The notes under the pieces: model-generated | The model's database searches: none | Seen by the model: the letters and a program-made list of their open reading frames with translations, nothing else | Told to the model about the DNA's origin: nothing | Shown here: one piece after another, positions 1 through 11,780 of the stretch | Numbering within the stretch: the first letter of the stretch is position 1 | How the letters are laid out: every line of letters starts with the position of its first letter | Translations under genes and position numbers: made by a program | Source: Octopus sinensis | Lineage: Eukaryota | Length of the DNA: 64,000 bases | Assembly (NCBI RefSeq): GCF_006345805.1 | Contig: NC_043015.1 | Coordinates: 13,454,001 to 13,518,000, forward strand | Direction: 5' to 3'

Positions 1-463
1 TTATCCTAGCGGCACAAGACCAACGTCTCCTCACTCGGAACCATCAAGCTAATGTCACACACAACGAAACAGACGCAAAGTGAAGACTCTTTATTGATAA
101 ACTTGAGAGTATTGACCACAATGTTGCCGCTTGCTCAGTCCGACCATGTTTGAATTCACGATGCCAGCGTTTTACAAGGTCATATGATGGGGCATCATCA
201 CTATAAGTTACTTTCATTTCATCAAAAGTCTCCCGTGGTGTGCGTCCTTTCAAATACAAAAACCGGATCACTGCTCGACACTCAACAGGCTCCATTTCAC
301 ACTTGACTCGGTTCAAACACCTGTAAATCAGAAACCACAATTAATTCAGAGCTGTAATTTGCCACTTACTCTATAGAGATATAAATGATTGCACATGCAA
401 AATTTCAGCTAGATCAAACAACTGCAAGTGGGTCAGAGGCATTACTTATTGAACGTCCCTCAT
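1..463 (-). mobile_element. Mariner transposon 5' end (TIR + N-terminal HTH of transposase), truncated
   Basis: ORF 44-340(-) contains MEPVECRAVIRFLYLKGRTPRETFDEMKVTYSDDAPSYDLVKRWHREFKHGR, a typical mariner N-terminus; TIR-like TA|TGAGGGACGTTCAATAAGTAATGCC on minus at ~438-464. Confidence 0.85.
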
Positions 464-477
464 AATACTAAAATAGT

Positions 478-814
478 GGAGAAGATATGATATTACTATG
501 GGCTCGCTCTAGGCAAGAAGTTGAACATTTTTTTTTTTTTGCCCATGAAACTACATAAGGCATGTGTAAAATTTGAATGAAATTGGTTGTGTAGTTCTCA
601 AGTTTTAGGGAATCGTAATGGAGAAGATATGATATTGCTGTGGGCTCGCCCTAGGCAAAAAGTTAAATTTCTTTTGCCGATGACACTCCCCGGACCCTAA
701 GTAAGGCATGTGTAAAATTTGAATGAAATTGGTTGTGTAGTTCTCAAGTTTTAGGGAAACACACAGACCGACAGACAGACAAACACACATTCTCAGTTTT
801 ATATGTATAAAGAT
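478..814 (-). mobile_element. Non-autonomous Helitron-like 5' end with internal ~140-bp tandem duplication
   Basis: Minus strand begins A|TCTTTATACATATAAAACTGAGAATGTGTGTTTGTCTGTCTGTC (TC start plus GTCT microsatellite); segment gaagatatgatatt...agttctcaagttttaggga occurs twice (~478-610, ~621-755). Confidence 0.5.
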
Positions 815-2284
815 ATATATATATATATATATATATACATACATCATCATTATTACTAAACATCTGTTTTCCATGCTGGCATGAGTTGGACAGTTTGACA
901 GGATCTGATAACCTGGCATGTCAACTTTGGAGAATTCTTGGTTCTTGAGATTCTTTCTCCCTTTCATATGGAGCTTGTTCTAACTTACCATCTAGTAATT
1001 GTTATATATCCTCTTGGAGCAGAGATACGGTTTTATGGGTTATCCCTGAAAATAAGTTTTTTTTTGTTTTTATCTAGCTAAAGGCGGTTTATTTTTTGAC
1101 ATGGGAGATATGTTCAGTTTTTGTTTTTAAAGCGGGTCTAAGGAAAATTTTTAAATACAAATAAACGACAGTTACGACTGTATATTCATCAATGTTAGGA
1201 ATTCACTTGGTGGTGGATGCTTGTGGGCGACTTGTTTAACATTGGCCGTCACACCCAAATGATGTCCAAAATGTGTACTACATACAATGGCAAGTTTAAC
1301 CAAAATTCTAGAGCTCTAAGCCAATTATGAATCCGCTAGTGAATCCCATTGCCTTCCCCAGAAGAAGTCTTGAACTACACATTGTAAGCTAATGAAACAT
1401 TTGCAATATATGTAGTATTCCGCTCCTTACACCAATGAGTTATATATGCATGGTCATTGGAAAGTTCAAAGAGTTGATCTGCCGCGCGGAGTGAAATAGT
1501 CTAAGGTTTCTTACTATCGTCTTTTTCAGAGAGAAAGAGATAGAGAGGAAGGAAGGGAGGGAGGGAAAGAAAGACAGTGAGAAAAAGAAACAAAGAAAAG
1601 TTGCCTTGATGTTACAGAATTGCGAATGGAGATATTTAAAGTAATGTAGGGGATTTGGTATGCAAGAAAGCTGGAAAGCTAGTGACAGGTGATGTGAATA
1701 GTATGTGAGATATACGATGGGGCGGAAGTCAAGAATTTGCTAAGAGTTGGTTGAGGGGGCAAAGTTTATCGTAAGATCCAGGTCAGTTCAAATGGGAAGG
1801 AGGCTGTAATATTACTTGCTTACAGATAAGTGAACTTCTTTCATATCCGCAGACTGAATAGAGTGGGTTAGGAACTTTCGTCCCTTCAGCCTGATATCCG
1901 ATCCAAAACTAAATTCGATTCGCTATCATCTGAATATGATCCTCTCGTAAATCACAGCATGAAATCAAAAGTTTCAGTGGTTTCTTAATCAACCATACAA
2001 GCGTCTACCATTCACATAGAATCTATAAGTTTACTATCTACGACTTTTATGTATCATATTTTCATTTTACAAAAACTAAAAGATAGATGTTTCAGTGAAA
2101 TTTTTGCTACAAAACTAACACAAAAATATTAGTTTTACTTCTTGAGTTTTCTTGACAGTTTACCTGATTGACAGGTGTCCTCATTGAAACCCTCATAAGA
2201 AACCTCTATAGTCATGTATATAATATACTTAGTCTTGTGTATAATTTATATATAAGGTTTCAAGTGTTCACAACTATTCATCAA

Positions 2285-2510
2285 CATTCAGCCAAAGAAC
2301 CTCACAGATTTGCGAGGTGTAGATGTAGAGGTCTTCAAGAACGTCTGGACAAATTTCTATCTAAGATACCAGATGGACCTACATTGGAGTAGGAGGCACG
2401 AAGAATAGCAGCTCCTTCCAACCCGCTACTTCACCAGAAACTATACAGCAAAGTGCCTGAGCTTGGTCTCAGTCTCTGGCTGAAACCAGCAAAAGATAAG
2501 AGGTAAAAGG
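2285..2510 (+). mobile_element. CR1/L2-group LINE 3' end fragment
   Basis: Translates across a frameshift to PKNLTDLRGVDVEVFKN/LDKFLSKIPDGPTLE*EARRIAAPSNPLLHQ, matching the C-terminus of CR1-type ORF2. Confidence 0.65.
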
Positions 2511-3154
2511 TAGTCTCCGGTATAATATATATAGTCCAGTATGTATTCTTGTATATAAATACTTTTAATACAATCTCATCAATAAGCAAACATTTTGTAT
2601 TTAATTTTCTTTACCACAATATTTTCTGATAGTAGGATAATTTCTGTTTGGAAAATATACCAAACGTTTTTTGAGTGCTCAAACAGACTCAATTAAATCA
2701 TATCCGGTTATTATGTGATAGTCATTTAAACTTTCTGCCCAAGATGTTTTAGATAATTTTTAACGCTTCATTTGAGTGAAAAATTCACAATGTGCTGTGT
2801 AAGTAAAAATGGATAAATACATTGATATTTGCGACCGAATAGTTTAATTTTGAAATTATTCTATAATGACACAATGACAACCTTCAACTTCACCAAAAGC
2901 TTGAAAAAAAGAAATGATTTATGGTCATGGTGTCATTCGTAATTTTGAGAGGAGATTTAATGATTTAATTCAGAGTATATACACGGATGTACCTGATTAT
3001 TACAGCCAATCTCCCAACAGTTTCCTTTAGTAATTCATTCAGTATTGTTCCTTTTCACTAACGTAACACCAGAATGATTAAGTGAACGTTTGTGACATTA
3101 ATGGGATTCTCATGGGAAGTTTTTCCAACAATGTCAACAGTAATTTAGCATTGT

Positions 3155-3224
<70 letters not shown>

Positions 3225-3232
<8 letters not shown>

Positions 3233-3395
3233 ACCTAACATCGGGCTGCAACAAGTAATCTTAGATGCCAAGAACCTTCTTAAGTATCCTACTGTTTTCT
3301 GGAGCTGTACTGAACTAGATTTTATGCCTATTTTCTCTATCCATTTGTTCAAATCTTTAGGAATAGTTCCTAATACACTTATAACTACAGGGATA
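3225..3395 (-). mobile_element. R4/Dong-clade (RLE) LINE ORF C-terminal fragment between (ATT)n arrays
   Basis: Minus translation PVVISVLGTIPKDLNKWIEKIGIKSSSVQLQKTVGYLRRFL resembles the post-endonuclease C-terminus of R4/Dong/Rex6 elements. Confidence 0.7.
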
Positions 3396-3421
3396 CATCA
3401 TTACCATGATTGTTATTATTA

Positions 3422-3507
<86 letters not shown>

Positions 3508-3511
<4 letters not shown>

Positions 3512-3658
3512 TAGTTTTATTTTTATAGCGTGCTTTCACTTCACTACCGAGCGCAGCTCTGTGTGCCTTGGGTATGTGCTGTGATTTGTTGTGATGCTCT
3601 GATGGTTATTGTATGGAAAGTGTTCTGCGTAGGATGTGTGCAGTGCCTAGTAGTGCAA

Positions 3659-3660
<2 letters not shown>
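3508..3660 (-). mobile_element. R4/Dong-clade LINE extreme 3' end plus 3' UTR, (AAT)n tail
   Basis: KIALLGTAHILRRTLSIQ* (end of ORF 3606-3848) followed by ~100 nt UTR and (AAT)n. Confidence 0.75.
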
Positions 3661-3733
<73 letters not shown>

Positions 3734-3741
3734 CATCATTA

Positions 3742-4300
3742 TTGAGTGGGAGAGCGGTGCATGACATCAAAGTGACACTGGGGTAAAATATACAAAGCCC
3801 AGTATACCCATCATGGCTACCCGTCTGATAAGGGTACACCAGGCACATGCATCACAACCATATGTGCGCGACATGGTGATCTCATATCAAGATAAACAGC
3901 GCATGACCTTGCAGGTGGGGCCTAATTAGAAGTTTCTTCTTGTCAGGTAGCCTATCCCGCTCAAAAGGTCCCTGAACAAGGATTGTTTAAGGATGTTGAA
4001 CGAACTACCCGTGTTTCCAAAGGTGAATAATCCAAACCTCTAAGAATTCCTTTCAACATACGGCCATGATGCTCCCCCACTACTTCTGCTCGTGATCAGA
4101 GATGCACATATCGTCAGCCACTAAGGGACATGCTCAACTGGTTAAGGTCAAACAATTGACAAACAAATCTGTGGTATTGAGCAGAATATTTGCTGTAGCC
4201 CATCTTTTGTACCAAGACAAAACACTGTACATGATAACACTTCCAATCAGTTAAGATCAGAAGCCATGAGAGCCACTGCCTGGTACTGCATCAGGGCATT
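3742..4300 (-). mobile_element. Interspersed repeat flanked by (ATT)n/(ACT)n, putative 5' region of a non-autonomous R4/Dong derivative
   Basis: GC-richer 560-bp block between triplet arrays, partially repeated at 4395-4618; adjacent and co-oriented with the R4-type 3' end. The 5' UTR assignment is inference. Confidence 0.5.
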
Positions 4301-4312
4301 TATTATTATTAT

Positions 4313-4374
<62 letters not shown>

Positions 4375-4394
4375 TTATTATTATTATATTATTA

Positions 4395-4618
4395 TTATTA
4401 TTATTATTATTACATGAGAGAGTAAAGTGATACTCGGATACAATATAGCCATCATGACTACTCGTCTGTTAAGTGTGCACCGGATACATGCATCACAACC
4501 ATATGTGCGCGAGATAAACAGCACATGACCTTGCAGGTGGAGCCCAGTTAAAATTTTCTTCAGTTCGAGTAGCCCATCCCGCTCAAAAGGTCCCTGAATA
4601 AGGGTTGTTTAAGGATGA
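4395..4618 (-). repeat. Second partial copy of the 3755-3995 block
   Basis: Shared strings catcacaaccatatgtgcgcga, gataaacagc.catgaccttgcaggtgg, cccgctcaaaaggtccctgaa.aagg.ttgtttaaggatg. Confidence 0.8.
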
Positions 4619-4797
4619 AGCACGCCGGGCAAAATGCTTGGCAGCATTTCGTCTAAGTTCAAATTCCGCCCAGGTCGACTTTGCTTTTCATCCTACCCGG
4701 GTCAATAAAATAAGTATCAGTTGAGCACTGGAGTCAGTGTAATCGAAAAAAGCCACCTCGCCACTGAAATTACTGTCCTTGTGCAAAAAATTGAAAC
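4619..4797 (+). mobile_element. tRNA-derived SINE family B, 5'-truncated
   Basis: agttcaaattccgcc.aggtcgactttgc.tttcatcc...ggtc.ataaaataagta, recurring about 20 times in the window. Confidence 0.8.
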
Positions 4798-4799
<2 letters not shown>

Positions 4800-4852
<53 letters not shown>

Positions 4853-4915
4853 CATCACCATTCTTCTTCTTCTTCTTCTTCTTCTTCTTCTTTTCTTCTT
4901 CTTCTTCTTCTTCTT

Positions 4916-4946
<31 letters not shown>

Positions 4947-5011
4947 TTATTATTATTATTATTATTATTATCATCATCATCATCATCATCATCATCATTC
5001 TTCTTCTTCTA

Positions 5012-5060
<49 letters not shown>

Positions 5061-5160
5061 TATTATTATTATTATCATCGTCGTCATCATCATCATCATT
5101 CTTCTTTTTATTATTATTATTGTCATTATCCTCCTCCTCCTCCTCCTCACCATCATCATC
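4800..5160. repeat. Compound trinucleotide microsatellite (TTA/TCA/TCT/TCG/TCC)
   Basis: Directly visible; produces the spurious ORFs 4721-5314 and 4779-5012. Confidence 0.95.
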
Positions 5161-6249
5161 AATAGTTTCACGCGATTTTCTGCTGCACCAACAGGTGTAT
5201 CTCTATGTTCCTGAAATATGCATAACATTATCTTTAAAGGAAGTTGAATCGCGTTTGTATGCTACTAATGTAACTTTGTTTTGTTGTGCGGTGAGGAGGT
5301 TGTGGTTGTTTTGATGTGTACACTAGATGCAATGTGAATCCTATGAGTCACTGGTGGACTGCGAGGCGTGTTGTATTATCAGATATCGATTATATAAGAG
5401 TGTGTTCGTGTTATTTATTGGATATTAATTGTGTAGAATGCGTCGTATAAATTGCGTTACGCCACTGGGTGGTAATTCAGCGGAGTACATGTTGTAATGC
5501 GCCGTATCAAAGAATTAAGGTTGCTTTTGTTCTTGTTTTCTGCAGTCCCTGTTTAAATCTGCCGCTGCTAATTTTGTCTTCCATCTTTTGGAGGTCGATA
5601 AATAAAGTACATGCATGTATTTGTGTGTGTGAAAGGGAGAGAGAAGGAGAGTGAGAAAGAGAGAGTAGTGTGTGTATGTATGTATGTGTATGTGTGTGTG
5701 TGTGTGTGTGTGTGTACGTGCGCGTGCGTGTTAAGGAAAGATAAAAGCTGATTAGAAAAGTCAGAGCCCGGTGCAACAGGTGAAAAGTCAAAGAGTGTAT
5801 TGCCATAGTGTGATAAGGTGTATCTATTAGTTGTTTATAATTGCGGAAGAAAACAGGGATGGTGTATTTTGCGGTAATTAGTTAGGCTTAGATCCTTTTA
5901 CCAAGATGGTTGTATTATCTCGTACTGTTTCTGGGGATATTTATCGAAGTAGAGACGTAACAGAGAAGATTTTCGATGTTGCATTAAGATATATTGTATA
6001 TTTATTAAGAGTTTAGCGATGTGGTCTTCTCAGTGATGCTTCATCCGCAACACTTTGTCGCATTTCTTCCATTTGCTGTTAAAATTAGTTGCTTGATTTG
6101 TTTTTCTTCCTCCGGATGTAACACAGAGATTTTGTTTTAATCTCTATATTTATTAAGGAAAGATGTAGTTGAAATAGTGTTGCTAAATTCAACTGCCATC
6201 TTACATGCATTATCATTACATACGAGTTTAACTTCTGCTCTCTCACTTT

Positions 6250-6303
<54 letters not shown>

Positions 6304-6448
6304 ATATATATATATACAGAGAGAGAGAGAGAGAGAGAAGAGGCAAAGATTCTGACCGTTTGTGTGATTGTTCGTTTGCCCTCCAAAATGAAAGTAAATA
6401 GTTCAAGGAAAACTATTATGCTTTTTCTTCTTATTTTATTTTATCTTA

Positions 6449-6494
<46 letters not shown>

Positions 6495-6539
6495 ATCTAT
6501 CTATCTATCTATCTCTCTCTCTCTCTCTACTCTTTTTTT

Positions 6540-6601
<62 letters not shown>

Positions 6602-6604
<3 letters not shown>

Positions 6605-7350
6605 GGTTATAAAATGAGATAGGGGTTGAAAATTCAACCCACCATGGAATAACATATATCCAATATACTGCTTGTTAGGATGGACTTGGTGCAAACATAA
6701 CTGTATCTATTATTATTATTATTATTAATATTAATAGTAATTTTTATTCACTTTTATAGCTTTATAATTTTATGAACTGAACCATGGTTTTAATTATTAT
6801 TTTTCATCTCCCTATGTGTTAGTTTTTTTTTTTTTTTTTAAACTATTAGCCAAATATGTATAATAACTGTGCTTATTAATATTAATATATACACTGATAT
6901 ATATTTTGTTTTCTTTTGTTTTGTTTACCTTGCATATTGTACCAATGAGTATTATATTATATATGTGTAGCATTATGAAGTATGCATAAGTTTTTATATT
7001 TACATTTTTATATTTTTATATTTATATGTATATGGAAAATAAATTTTTCACAATATAACCAAATTTAATTCTCTGAAGAGGCCGTGGGGCATCCTTGTTA
7101 ATGCCTCATTTATACCTGCCTTTATGGCTTATAGGTTAAATGAGGTATGACTGCCCTTGCTGCCGAAATAGCTGTCAGATATGATTTAATTAATATTATA
7201 TTTGAAATTTTATACTTATATTCCTTGTCTATTACATTTACTGTATATTTTGTATAATGCCTTTACTGATATGTAATGGTGTAATAAAGTATTGATTGGG
7301 TATCATCTGATAGTTGATGTTTTATTGATTTAAGTATGTTTCTCCATTTC
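6602..7350 (+). mobile_element. AT-rich Penelope-LTR-derived / retrozyme-like non-autonomous element carrying a hammerhead ribozyme
   Basis: AT-rich non-microsatellite block between (TA)n arrays that contains the hammerhead at 7070-7179; boundaries inferred. Confidence 0.45.
7070..7179 (+). ncRNA. Type I hammerhead ribozyme with extended stem II
   Basis: tct-CTGAAGA(7073-7079)-ggccgtggggca...atgcctcattta...taaatgaggtat...tgcccttgctgcc-GAAA(7165-7168)-tagctg-TC|aga. All core bases present, GUC cleavage triplet 7174-7176, near-palindromic stem III ATAGCTGT, 3-bp stem I tct/aga. Confidence 0.8.
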
Positions 7351-7361
7351 TAATTTTGTAG

Positions 7362-7416
<55 letters not shown>

Positions 7417-7417
7417 T

Positions 7418-7822
7418 GGCGCAGGAGTGGCTGTGTGTTACGTAGCTTGCTTACCAACCACATGGTTCCGGGTTCAGTCCCACTGCATGGCACCTTGGGA
7501 AGAGTGTCTTCTACAATAGCTTCGGGCTGACTAAAGTCTTGTGAGTGGATTTGGTAGACGGAAAATGAAAGAAGCCCGTCGTATATATGTATGTATATAT
7601 ATATATTTATAATATTATATATGTATATTATGTGTGGTGTTGTGTGTGTGTGCATGTGTGTGTGTATGTGTGTGCGTGTTTGTATGTCTGTATTTACGTC
7701 CCCGTCACTTAGTGGTTCGGCAAAGAGACGATAGAATAAGTCCTGGGGTCGATTTCTTCGACTAAAGGTGGCTCTCCAGTATGGCTGCAGTCAAATGACT
7801 GAAACAAGTAAAAGAGTAAAAG
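7418..7822 (+). mobile_element. tRNA-derived SINE family A, near full length with internal microsatellite
   Basis: ggcgcaggagtggctgtgtg...ggttccgggttcagtccc (A/B-box-like) ... gcagtcaaatgactgaaacaagtaaaagagtaaaag tail; several other copies in window. Confidence 0.85.
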
Positions 7823-7863
<41 letters not shown>

Positions 7864-7910
7864 GAGGAGAGAGAGAGAGAGAGAGAGATTGATGATATAT
7901 ATATATAGAT

Positions 7911-7965
<55 letters not shown>

Positions 7966-8039
7966 TTATATATATATATATATAGATAGAGAGAGAGAGA
8001 GAGAGAGAGATTGTTTATATATATATATAGATTGTATAT

Positions 8040-8910
8040 ATATATATATAAGAGGAGTTCTGTCCGATTGTGTGTTTGTTCATTTGTTTGTCCACCAGAC
8101 TGAGATTAAATGGTTCAAAGGAAGCTATTATGTATATGTATCTATCTATTATTATATTATATTATATCATATATCTATATACATATAAAAGAGAGATTCT
8201 TTCCGTTTGTGTATTTGTTCGTTTGTTTGTCCACCAAAATGAAAGTAAATGGTTCAAAGGAAGCTATTATGCTTTCTCTATATCTCCTATTATGCTATTG
8301 CCTAATTTGTCTCAACAAAAATTATGCAATGGTACAACATTAATTGTACACAATCCTATGAGGAACTGCATTGTGGCAAATATTCTCTCTGGTTGTGATA
8401 AAGCTAACACTGTTTTCGTTCCTTGCATACCAGTTATACCACCTAACGTTCCATTCAAATTTAAGCCGTTACAGTTTCCTATCACGCTTTCTTTTACCAT
8501 GAGAATTAATAAAACTCAGGGCCAAATACTAAAAGTAGCTGGATTGTAACTTGAAGAACAAACAGAAATTCGTATATGAAATCCATCTTTTTTCTACTTC
8601 AATTATTACATATTTTTCTCTTACATAATACACACATATAGGACGACTAAACCTAAATCTGTAGGCGTAGTCTCATCCTGGCGCATGTTCAAAAACTGAA
8701 TCTTTCAATTCTCTTTCATATACTGCCTATTCAAACGTCAACAGAAATAGTGACAAATGGATGTTCCATTTGACCTGTAGCCTTTTCAGTGCCATCGCAG
8801 TCACTTAGATTCCGTAAAGCTATACTTCTATGTGATATAACTATTTTCTAGCTTCTCGGCCCGAGAAACAGTAAAAGTAATTACCCGATCAACGACGGGT
8901 ATTACTGCTA

Positions 8911-8911
<1 letters not shown>
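8040..8911 (+). mobile_element. Internally deleted Helitron with PIF1-type helicase remnant and intact 3' terminus
   Basis: NCIVANILSGCDKANTVFVPCIPVIPPNVPFKFKPLQFPITLSFTMRINKTQGQILKVAGL (ORF 8070-8549) matches the Helitron helicase C-terminal motifs; 3' hairpin tacccg-atcaacga-cgggta (8882-8901) then CTAG (8908-8911)|T; 5' TC at 8174 with a duplicated 5' segment at 8040-8135 (third similar piece ~6340-6430). Confidence 0.88.
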
Positions 8912-8956
<45 letters not shown>

Positions 8957-8985
8957 TGTATTTCGAGATGGACATTTTTTGCCAA

Positions 8986-9037
<52 letters not shown>

Positions 9038-9041
9038 CTAA

Positions 9042-9701
9042 AGGACCTGGGTATCTTGGTGGATTCCTCCTTTTCGCCTTCGGCCCAGTGCGTCCATGCT
9101 GCCAACAAAGCGCGCGGAATTCTGTTTTTGATTCGACGGTCATTCGGAATGCTCACAGCAGCCATATTCCTACCACTCTATGTCACGCTGGTGAGACCCA
9201 TATTGGAGTATGGGATTCAAGCCTCTTCTCCTTATCTCCTCAAAGACATACAGCATCACGAAAGAGTCCAGAAGCTGGCTACCCGCATGGTTCATGGTCT
9301 CAAAAATTTGTCCTACGAAGAAAGGCTGAGGACGCTCGACCTTTATTCTCTTGAAAAACGCCGCCGCCGTGGTGATCTCATTCTCGCCCACAACATCATA
9401 AGCGGGAAGTGTAACCTCTCGAAAGAGCTGTTCTTCACTCCTGCTCCGGAGCGTCGGCTGCGGGGTCATTCCGAAAAGCTCTACCTGCGACGATTTCATC
9501 TCAATCGAAGGAGAGGAGCTTTCTCCGTCCGGGTTGCGGATCCGTGGAACAAGCTGCCAGACGAGATGGTGAAGATGCCGACGACCGCTTTGTTCAAAGC
9601 CTCCCTGGACCTCAAGTGGCCTGAACTCTTTACATGAACACCACCCTGTACTTAACTCCATGTCCCCCTACATGGCCTTGCTATTTGCTTTTGAGCCAAA
9701 T

Positions 9702-9732
<31 letters not shown>
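9042..9732 (+). mobile_element. CR1-clade LINE, 5'-truncated, 3' end with uninterrupted ORF2 C-terminus and (TAAC)n tail
   Basis: KDLGILVDSSFSPS...RPILEYGIQASSPYLLKDIQHHERVQKLATRMV...RRRRGDLILAHNII...FSVRVADPWNKLPDE (ORF 9056-9637); tail ttaactaactaact 9700-9732. Confidence 0.92.
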
Positions 9733-9921
9733 AATGGGACAAGAACGCAAAAGATCCGGACAACTAGGTGATACAAAAAGGGACAGCAAAACATCCATAT
9801 AGACGATAATCAGCCAAATTGCGAGGATGATCCGGTTCTTGACTGAGGATAGAAAGCTTCGAATGACATTACCTTGTTTTTTGTATCGTATATCTGGATG
9901 TTTTGTTGTCCCTTTTTGTTA

Positions 9922-9972
<51 letters not shown>

Positions 9973-10479
9973 GTATATATATATATCAATCTTTCAATTA
10001 TAAAGTGTGTGCTTGCATACATATATATACACACATAAACATATAAACACACATATAAACTTCTACATTTGTACACACACGCACGTACAAGCACACACGC
10101 ACACATAACTAAGTTAATCACAGTTACTCGCCACACACCCAAACTCTACGCATACACACACGAACACACACATACACACACACACACTACAAACAAAACA
10201 CACACACGATACATATACATACACGCACACACACATACCTCTTTGTTTTGACCTGTGGCTGGACACAAAAAAACACCACTCCTTATTCTTACAAACTGGC
10301 CAGCTACTAGCCAGTTGTTCGCCATATACACATACACACACACACACGTGTCATCATTGCACACATACACACACGTGTCATCATTGCACACATACACACA
10401 CAAGCGCACACGCAGACCTCCGCGCACGCACACATCCACACACATTCCCCCCTCACTTTCCTTGTCTTTGACATACTAC

Positions 10480-10760
10480 CTACTGTCTTTGAAAACTCTC
10501 CTGTCTTTAAGAAACATTATTCTTCCACCTTTCTACTTCCGGTCTTTCAATATGTGACCTCGTGAGTACCGCTGGCGATTTTTTCCTCTGTCTTCCCTTC
10601 TCGGGATCTTTCCTTCTCCTATGTTTCCGACGAAGAGCTCCGCTCGAAACGTTATACCCTCCTTCTTCCCTTCTTTCCTGAGCGTCCAATAATACTTTAT
10701 TTGTTCCACGTCCTCGCGTTGTTGTGTTTTTTTTGTTTTTGTGTGTTTTCTTGTTTGGAT

Positions 10761-10765
<5 letters not shown>
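10480..10765 (+). mobile_element. Penelope-derived non-autonomous repeat 3' segment
   Basis: Pyrimidine-rich block containing the minimal hammerhead-like motif at 10623-10657 and ending in (TA)n; family assignment inferred from the motif. Confidence 0.45.
10623..10657 (+). ncRNA. Minimal type I hammerhead-like motif, variant core (CCGACGA)
   Basis: gttt-CCGACGA-a-gagc-tcc-gctc-GAAA-CGTT|atac; palindromic ACGT stem III as in Penelope hammerheads; U4 replaced by C, one extra A, stem I 3 of 4 pairs. Confidence 0.5.
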
Positions 10766-10808
<43 letters not shown>

Positions 10809-11545
10809 TATACATATATACATACGTATACACATGTACGTGTGTGAGTGTATTTGGGGGAGGGTGCATGTATAATAATCCCTTTAGTATTGCATGACTG
10901 GTTAACAGACATGTCTTCGTATTTTTGCATGTAGTTACCCTCAGTTAATTTAGTTGGATTAATTTTAGTTTTTCATGTTGGTAGCACAGCTACAACCCAG
11001 TTTAACTTTTACTTTAACCTTAAACCGAAGCCCTAATCCTAATCCCGATCATGTAATATGACGGCCTAGCGTACGGATACTGCGGTAGACCATACACTAA
11101 AGTTGCACTCCCAGTGACACAAGTTGGATGAAGACTTAGTAAAGTAGGCGTTAGCGAACTTGATATAAGTAAGTCAAGATAATTTAATTAAGATAACAGT
11201 TATAGCGGACATCCTTCATCTGAATCACTAAGATTAATAAGTACATTGTTGTTAGTGTTTTAGTCCCAGGTCAATACTGCTCGAGTGGAACCATGATCAA
11301 AGCAGTTTAGTCTTGAAATCTCAGAGCAACTCCAGTGAAAGAAACATCACAAAGGATTTCGTTCGGCTTATCAGATTTCTTGACAATCATTAACTCTTCA
11401 ATCAATATACATTTCCGAAAATTATACACATACACATATGCACACGCACTCACTCACACAGACATATAACCAGACACATATATAAATAAATGCATATATA
11501 CATATATGTCTGTATATGTAAATGTGTGCATATATGTAAATTTCG

Positions 11546-11780
11546 AAAAAGGTGGCGAACTGGCAGAAACGTTAGCACGCCGGGCGAAATGCGAAGCCGT
11601 ATTTCGTCTGCCGTTACGTTCTGAGTTCAAATTCCGCCGAGGTCGACTTTGCCTTTCATCCTTTCGGGGTCGATAAATTAAGTACCAGTTACGCACTGTG
11701 GTCGATGTGATTGACTAAATCCCTTTGTCTGTCCTTGCTTGTCCCCTCTGTGTTTAGCCCATTGTGGGTAGTAAAGAAAT
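11546..11780 (+). mobile_element. SINE family B, full length, perfect 16-bp TSD
   Basis: TSD atatatgtaaatttcg at 11530-11545 and 11781-11796. Confidence 0.92.

Noticed and set aside
4230-4300. HDV-like ribozyme at the putative R4/Dong 5' end
   Set aside because: Could not form P1 or P1.1 by hand; needs a proper motif search.
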